Source: Candidatus Bathyarchaeota archaeon (GTDB lineage Archaea; Thermoproteota; Bathyarchaeia; Bathyarchaeales; Bathycorpusculaceae). Taken from it: DNA of 64,000 bases. The notes beneath the pieces were generated by a model. That model worked only from the letters and a program-made list of their open reading frames with translations. It searched no databases and had not been told where the DNA came from. Below are positions 57,984 through 64,000 of this stretch, in pieces. The position numbers were made by a program, and so were the translations under genes. Positions within the stretch are counted from its first letter, which is position 1; every line of letters begins with the position of its first letter. The stretch is from assembly GCA_963828195.1 (NCBI GenBank), contig CAWHDT010000005.1, forward strand, positions 1 through 64,000. Direction: 5' to 3'.

Positions 57984-59274
57984 CTAAGAGGACGTTCCGG
58001 AGCCGCTGCTGGGAGCAGGTCTCGCGCCTAGCACTACTGATATGTTCTGGGTTTGATTGTTTTGAACAATTGTCACGCTGATGGTTTGTCCGGGGAGCGT
58101 GTTTTCTTCAAGATATGTTGACAGGTCATCTGAGTTTCGGATTCTTGAACCGTTGATAGCTGTGATAACGTCGCCGCCTGTGGTTAAGGTATTGCCGTCA
58201 ATTGTTGCTTGTGTGGTGCCGCCTTTGAGACCTGCGTTGGCTGCGGGTCCACCGCTTGTTACTGATTGGATCAGAACTCCGTATGTTACGTCGATTCCTG
58301 ATTGGGTCGCGATGTCATAGGACATGTCCACTCCAGTTAGGCCTAAGTACGGGTGCTGGGTGTAGACTCCAGTAGTGGCTAAATCCGCAACTTCCCGCAG
58401 TATAGTGTCTGAAGGGATTGCGAAGCCTAAGCCTTGTGAGTCATCCACAACAGCTGTTGTTATGCCGATGACTTGACCTTCGTAGTTGAGTAGCGGGCCG
58501 CCTGAGTTACCTGGGTTTATAGCCGTGCTTGTTTGGATGATGTCAGCGATGTCGTACCCGTTTGTGGTGTCTTCTGTAATGGTTCTGCCTAACGCGCTGA
58601 TTATGCCTGTGGTCATTGAGCCTGTTAATCCGTAGGGGCTGCCGATGGCTATGACTGGGTCTCCGACTTGTAGGCTTGATGAGTTGGTGACTGTTAGCGG
58701 CACTAGTTCGCTTTGTGGCGCATTAGTTGAAAGTACTGCCTAGGTCTGAATAGGGATCTGAGCCAAGCACTGTGCCTGGGTATGTGTTTCCATCTTGGAA
58801 GGTGATTGTGATGTTTACGCCGCCATCAATCACGTGGTAGTTTGTAACGATGATTTCTTGACTGTTAAGGTCATAGACAAATCCGGAACCTTGGACTTGC
58901 GAATAATAGACCTGATTGAATAAGTCTGTTTCCGGTTGGAAGTCCTCAACAACGACCACTGACGGGGACACCAGCTGGTATATCTGCGAAAGCGAAGCGT
59001 TTGCTGGTAATGTCTCGTCAGTTTGCGTTGTTGACGAAGTTGTGCTTGATTGTTCATTTACTGCGGTTGGGGTTTGGTTTTGCTGATTGTTTGTGGAGGC
59101 ATTTGAGTGAGCTATGTAATATCCGCCTATTCCAGCTGCTAAGGTGGAAACTATAAGTATGGTGATTATGAAAATGGCAAGTTTGGTTTTTTGGGGTTTT
59201 TGGGTTGGGTTTTCCGTTGTTTTATCTCCTTGCAAGTTGTGTTGAGCTACTATCTTTGGTAGTAGCATGACCAT
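57984..59274 (-). pseudogene. htrA: HtrA/DegP serine protease with PDZ, split by a +1 frameshift near 58739
   Basis: 5' ORF has GSGF, VTNYHV, SDPYSDL; 3' ORF has [11 protein letters not shown] and PDZ; removing one G from GACCTAGGCAGTA restores SDLAVL. Confidence 0.88.
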
Positions 59275-59449
59275 ATAAACATTACTGTTTATGCCGCACG
59301 CGATCTTTTTCGTCCACTAAAAGACGGTCCTCGAAGGGCTCAATAAACAGGGATGGTCTACAATGACGATGTTAGTTCTGATAGCAGCTACTACCTTAAA
59401 TAGTAGCAGTATGCAATAGATAGACAAGAACAAACTCGAAGGCATAAAC

Positions 59450-59782
59450 ATGTTTAACACCAATCTACCAATAAGGCAATTACTTGGGTGGCTTATCACT
59501 GGAACAAAAGGCGGCAAAACCCGGGCACAAATAATCAAAGCACTAAAAAAGAGCCCCCAAAACACAAATCAACTAGCAACACTCCTCAAAGTAAACTACA
59601 AAACAATCAGGCATCACCTGGAGATTCTGGAGAAAAACAAATTAATCATCTCCGCTGGAGGGCACTACTCTACAGCCTTCTTCCTCTCTGAATTGATGGA
59701 GGAAAACTATGGATTATTCCAAGAAATAACATGCAAAACTGATGATGCAAAAAGAAGACCAATTCGTGTTATACAAAAATAA
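59450..59782 (+). CDS. ArsR-type wHTH regulator
   Basis: WLITGTKGG.TRAQII, NQLA..L.VNYKTIRHHL. Confidence 0.88.
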   Translation: MFNTNLPIRQLLGWLITGTKGGKTRAQIIKALKKSPQNTNQLATLLKVNYKTIRHHLEILEKNKLIISAGGHYSTAFFLSELMEENYGLFQEITCKTDDAKRRPIRVIQK

Positions 59783-59867
59783 CACTCAAACTTTTTTTTA
59801 ACTTACCTTAATTGGTCGTAATCCTTAATAACAAAATATCGCCCCGTACATTTGAAGATGAAGTAAA

Positions 59868-60020
59868 ATGCCGAACTTTGAAATACGCTGTCCAAAATGC
59901 AGTTCACAAGCGGTAGAAAAAACTACGAATCAAGAGTTTCACTGCAGCAACTGTGGTGAAATATTTTATTTTGTTACCCCAAAATGCGGTTCCCCTGATC
60001 TTGAAAGATACAAACTTTAA
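59868..60020 (+). CDS. Small zinc-finger protein (50 aa)
   Basis: Not in ORF track: MPNFEIRCPKCSSQAVEKTTNQEFHCSNCGEIFYFVTPKCGSPDLERYKL*. Confidence 0.7.
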   Translation: MPNFEIRCPKCSSQAVEKTTNQEFHCSNCGEIFYFVTPKCGSPDLERYKL

Positions 60021-60122
60021 CGCTGACGTCAAGGCTTTTCTTATAGTTCTTTTTTGGTTTTTTGTTGGTTTGTAATTGGAGGAAATTTTTAAATGTATTC
60101 ATATTAGTAGGGAATACTTAGC

Positions 60123-60638
60123 ATGTGCGGAAGCCGGATGTTTGGAAATCAACAAGGAATGCGTCGGCGGTTGCAGGAAATAATTGAGAACTTCCGCCAG
60201 AAGGGAGCGACCAGCCCAGAAAAAGCCATGACGATTCAGGAATTGGGGTTGCCGCCGCGTTTTGAAGAAGCCATGCATCGAAGACTTGGCCAATCAGGAA
60301 TTTTTGTAGAAACAAACGGCAAATACTACCTGAATGAAGAACGGCTTAAACAAATCGAGGAGCAACGTGCCAAAATTGGTTCAGGAGGCGGCACGAATAG
60401 ATCTGGGCCTCCTAGTTGGTATCGTGCTGTCGGGATTTTTCTTATGTTGCCCATCGGCATCATCATTGCGTTAGCCCTGTTTTACTTTTTTGTTTACAAG
60501 GGCGGAGGCGGATACTTTCCAGGAGAATTTCTCGTTATTTTGCTAGTTATCGTGTTGATATTGTTTGTAGCGCGAATGTTATTCTGGAGTTCAAGAAGGA
60601 GATATTGGCGTAATCAGTGGGGAGGAACTGGTTACTGA
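60123..60638 (+). CDS. Hypothetical protein, wHTH-like N-terminus plus two TM segments
   Basis: FRQKGATSPEKA...GKYYLNE; C-terminal TM segments. Confidence 0.75.
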   Translation: MCGSRMFGNQQGMRRRLQEIIENFRQKGATSPEKAMTIQELGLPPRFEEAMHRRLGQSGIFVETNGKYYLNEERLKQIEEQRAKIGSGGGTNRSGPPSWYRAVGIFLMLPIGIIIALALFYFFVYKGGGGYFPGEFLVILLVIVLILFVARMLFWSSRRRYWRNQWGGTGY

Positions 60639-60715
60639 GCATTCGCTCGACGAATGTTAGCATTTTTCTTTGTTTCTGCCCATTTTTGTGCGGCTGCTAA
60701 AGAATAATAAAACGG

Positions 60716-61981
60716 TTATGGATTATTTTTTGGCTTTAAAACTGCTGTTGCATAGTTTTCTTCTTGAAAGTATTTGTCCGCTGTTTCTATGATGTCTTTT
60801 TTGGATAACGCGCAGATCTTGTCTTTATAATTGATTAGGGCGTTCTGATTGCCGAAATAGATTTCCATGTCAGCTATAATCTCAGGCAAGTGTTGCGGAC
60901 TGTCGATTGCCCTGAATATATCGCCGAGGATCAAGTTTTTGCTTTTTTCCAGTTCATTGTCCTTGATTACTTGGGTCTTTAGCTTTTGAAGTTCCTCTTG
61001 AATAATAATTTGGGTTTGTTTTAGTGACTTGTTTTTGACTGCACAGTTTATGGAAAAGAACCCGTAGTCCAAACCAGACGCGTTAATCGACGTAAAGTCG
61101 TAGGTAAGGGCTCTTTTCTCCCGCAATTCCTTAAACAGCCTCGAGCTTTCTCCCACGCCCAAAATTGCGCTTATAAGATCCAAAGCTGGAGTGTCAACGT
61201 CTTTTGCCGAGCAAGTTCTAAAACCAAAACTGAGGTAGGCTTGAGTTAAACCAGATTTTTCGATTATTGCTTCTTTTTTAGGTTTGCCTTCCTCGATTTT
61301 TCTGCTGACCCTCGGAGCTGCATTGCAGTTTTCTCTATTCGCGTAGTTCTGGAGTACTTCTTCTGCTTCTTTTTCTGAAAATTTTCCAGTAAGTATCAAT
61401 ACCATGTTGCTGGGGGTGTAATGGGTTTGATGAGCTTTTTCTATCTCGGCAAGTGAAATCTGATTAACTGTTTTTTTTAAGCCCAAAACGGGATTTTTTA
61501 CCGGGTGATGCTTGAAGAGGCATTTGAGCAGGGTCTCTCCGCTTTTTTCTTGCGGATCATCAGCGTTTTCTGCAATCTCATTCAGTATTACCTTGCGTTC
61601 AAGCTCAAGCTTGCCGCTGTCAAACGCAGAATCGAAAAGCAACCCTGAAAGAACCCTTGAAGCGTGAGCTAACCTTTCTGGAAACACATCCACCGAGGTA
61701 AAAGTCGATTCCTCAGATGTTTCAAAATATGAACATCCGCCTAATTTTTCAATTTCATTATGAAGATTTATTCTACTCTGGGAACCTCCGACGGTCATGT
61801 GCTCAAGAAAATGAGCCAGTCCACAGCTGCTTTCAGAATCATCGTTTGAGCCATATTCAATCGCAACTGACAATTGCGTGGTTAACCCAGAAGGTTTGGG
61901 AAACAGCAAGACTCTCAAACCATTTGGCAACATCTGTCGTTTCCACGTCAAGTTATTGTTCATAGCAAGACAGAGGTTCAA
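60716..61981 (-). CDS. M16 (pitrilysin-family) zinc peptidase
   Basis: LPNGL, GLAHFLEHM (HxxEH), ERKVILNE, SSRLFKELREKRAL.Y. Confidence 0.93.
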   Translation of the reverse strand: MNLCLAMNNNLTWKRQMLPNGLRVLLFPKPSGLTTQLSVAIEYGSNDDSESSCGLAHFLEHMTVGGSQSRINLHNEIEKLGGCSYFETSEESTFTSVDVFPERLAHASRVLSGLLFDSAFDSGKLELERKVILNEIAENADDPQEKSGETLLKCLFKHHPVKNPVLGLKKTVNQISLAEIEKAHQTHYTPSNMVLILTGKFSEKEAEEVLQNYANRENCNAAPRVSRKIEEGKPKKEAIIEKSGLTQAYLSFGFRTCSAKDVDTPALDLISAILGVGESSRLFKELREKRALTYDFTSINASGLDYGFFSINCAVKNKSLKQTQIIIQEELQKLKTQVIKDNELEKSKNLILGDIFRAIDSPQHLPEIIADMEIYFGNQNALINYKDKICALSKKDIIETADKYFQEENYATAVLKPKNNP

Positions 61982-62248
61982 GGGTCTAAAAAACCTTAGT
62001 TTGCCATCAATGAATAAGGCTACTGTGCCAAAAATAATGATATTTAACCTGATTGAAGGAGGATAAAACGCAATTCAGGGAGCTCGAGGAATAGGCGAAA
62101 AAATAATAAGCCCCGACGGGAAAGCCACTCTACGTGCGAATATGTACTTTTTCAGTTATGAGCTAAAACATGAAGGGAATAGTGCCTCAGTAATGCAGCG
62201 GCATACTATTATTTGTGAGAAATATACAATAAAGAAGTCGGAGAGGCT

Positions 62249-62635
62249 TTGGCCGTGGAAGTAGAAAACGTGTTCAAAATAGCGGTGACCTGTTCTAGAG
62301 TTTGCGAGTTCTTGACGAGCAAGAGTTGGGAATTCCAAGGAAAGGATGAGGAAATGGAGATGGACTTGTTCAGAAACAAGAAGACTGGACAGCAGGTGTT
62401 CGTCGTGGACATTTCGGAGGAGTTTCCAGTGACCTTTCTTATGGGCGAGCTTAGCATGTCGGAGTTCAGTATCATTGCTAGTGAATTGACGCCGGATATC
62501 CAGTTACTGGAAGTTGACAGTAGTTGGGAAGGTAAACCGACGACCATCGTGGTCGCTATGACAGAAGAGCAAGTTAGGAACATGTTCGGCAGAAGAACGA
62601 AGATGAGAAAGCTTGTAGTTCATGGCGTCGCATGA
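62249..62635 (+). CDS. Hypothetical protein
   Basis: 128-aa acidic ORF with a GGAGAGG SD. Confidence 0.5.
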   Translation: MAVEVENVFKIAVTCSRVCEFLTSKSWEFQGKDEEMEMDLFRNKKTGQQVFVVDISEEFPVTFLMGELSMSEFSIIASELTPDIQLLEVDSSWEGKPTTIVVAMTEEQVRNMFGRRTKMRKLVVHGVA

Positions 62636-62750
62636 GCGCCTACTATGTTTGACACTTCTTTCATACCATCATCTACAAGGTCGCAAGAACCGCACGCTCT
62701 TAAAAGTCAAGACCCTATATGGTAACCATCAATCGTTTGGATGATAGAAA

Positions 62751-63413
62751 ATGGGATTAATAAGCTCCATTACGGTGCGGCTGCTTAGCGCACAACCATT
62801 TGAAATGCAAGCACTTGACACACTAGCAGAGAGCATGAAAGCAACTTCAATCCTCAAAAAAGATAGGTTCCACCGCTATTACAAATCGAGTATTCTTCCC
62901 ATCCCTTGCTTAGCCTACTCTGACGCGCTTGTCTTTAACTCCAATTATTACCAAATCCTTTCGACTGATGAGGTTCTTGCTATTGGCGCCCACGAATTTA
63001 ATCACATAGCAAAAAGGCATATTGCAAAGAGGTTACCTCGAACGGTTCTTCCCGCTGCAGTGCTTGCTGTAGTGATAGGTTACCTGCTTTTTATCAACTC
63101 TGCTTCATTTCTGTTCATTGCATCGGCAGTGGTTCTGTCTTTCTTTTTCTTTTTGTTTGGTTCCTATTATGTTAACGCTAAATTTTTTAGAAAACAAGAA
63201 ACTGAATCTGACTTAAGTGCCGTCGAGTTTGTTAATGGAGCTGCCATGATATCTGCCCTGGCTAGGCTTCGCCCACAAAAAACAAGTTGGCTTTCTAAAT
63301 TGATGCCGCATACCCACCCAACTATAGAGCAAAGAATACATGGTATTCAAGCCGTTGCGGGCACCAAAAATTCATTTACCTTTACTATTACTTTTGGTGA
63401 TGACGCGCGTTAG
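62751..63413 (+). CDS. M48-family metallopeptidase
   Basis: AHEFNH, two TM segments, ETESD, THPTIEQRI. Confidence 0.88.
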   Translation: MGLISSITVRLLSAQPFEMQALDTLAESMKATSILKKDRFHRYYKSSILPIPCLAYSDALVFNSNYYQILSTDEVLAIGAHEFNHIAKRHIAKRLPRTVLPAAVLAVVIGYLLFINSASFLFIASAVVLSFFFFLFGSYYVNAKFFRKQETESDLSAVEFVNGAAMISALARLRPQKTSWLSKLMPHTHPTIEQRIHGIQAVAGTKNSFTFTITFGDDAR

Positions 63414-63579
63414 CGCATGCTCCAGGCTATTCTGAGTTCGCCCCTTCATCCAAAAATATGCCGTAAAACAATAGCTTCGGCTATGTCTGCTCGACATACC
63501 TCTTTTTGAATTTACGCTTAAATACTCGATCGCTCCCAAACGATAATTAACATTCGCACAGCAGTTTGGTAATGTTAAA

Positions 63580-64000
63580 ATGATAGACACAGAGAACCTC
63601 ACCAAAAAATTCGGCGATCTAACAGCCGTAGAGAACCTCACCTTGCATGTTGACGACGGCGAAGTCTTCGGTTTCCTCGGACCAAACGGAGCAGGAAAAA
63701 CCACCACTGTGAGAATACTTTGCTGCCTAATATCAAAATCTAGTGGGAACGCAAACATAGGCGGCTATGACATAGGAAAAAAGGAAGACTCAATTAAAAT
63801 CCGCAAGATCATCGGGTTAGTTCCTGATAACGTTGGGTTATCTGAAAATCTGACCGCCTACGACAACATAGATTTTTACGGAAAAATATACGATTGCTCG
63901 GATGCTCAAAGGAAAGAGAACAATAAGCGTTTTCTTGAAATGTTAGGGCTTTGGGATAAGAGAAACGATTTAGCAGGGACCTTTTCCAAGGGCATGAAAC
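63580..64000 (+). CDS. ABC transporter ATP-binding protein (partial, runs off window)
   Basis: ATG 63580: MIDTENLTKKFG...FGFLGPNGAGKTT...FSKGMK. Confidence 0.93.
   Translation, partial: MIDTENLTKKFGDLTAVENLTLHVDDGEVFGFLGPNGAGKTTTVRILCCLISKSSGNANIGGYDIGKKEDSIKIRKIIGLVPDNVGLSENLTAYDNIDFYGKIYDCSDAQRKENNKRFLEMLGLWDKRNDLAGTFSKGMK

Noticed and set aside
1-64000. Integrase, transposase, reverse transcriptase, tRNA or rRNA genes; the many short antisense ORFs in the track
   Set aside because: No diagnostic motifs recognised; the antisense ORFs lie inside well-supported genes on the opposite strand.

Overview
Archaeal genomic window. Gene style and families suggest Bathyarchaeia, which is an inference. 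The left end holds a CRISPR adaptation module: partial cas1, csa1/cas4, a leader and a 6-repeat array with very irregular spacers. It abuts a complete nurA-herA-mre11-rad50 DNA end-resection operon on the same strand as the cas genes. Next is a ~8.5 kb run of two-gene defence-like cassettes (a HExxH pair and three different wHTH/AbiEi + nucleotidyltransferase type IV TA-like pairs), separated by two alternating non-coding repeats in the order A'-B-A-B-A. Repeat A folds into a conserved ~56-nt three-way junction. The SRP (7S) RNA gene is followed by a RelE-type TA module, a 126-bp perfect partial copy of itself, and a decayed island (orphan antitoxins, Mrr and M48 remnants, repeat C, an RNase H-like gene with a structured 3' element). 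The right half is mostly ordinary: trmI, radical SAM, glgP, BlaI/BlaR-like pair, frameshifted htrA, M16 and M48 peptidases, ABC ATPase. It also has a VapBC flanked by partial gene duplicates and a single-chain DarT-DarG fusion. No tRNA, rRNA, integrase or transposase was recognised. Some single-base indels may be assembly errors.
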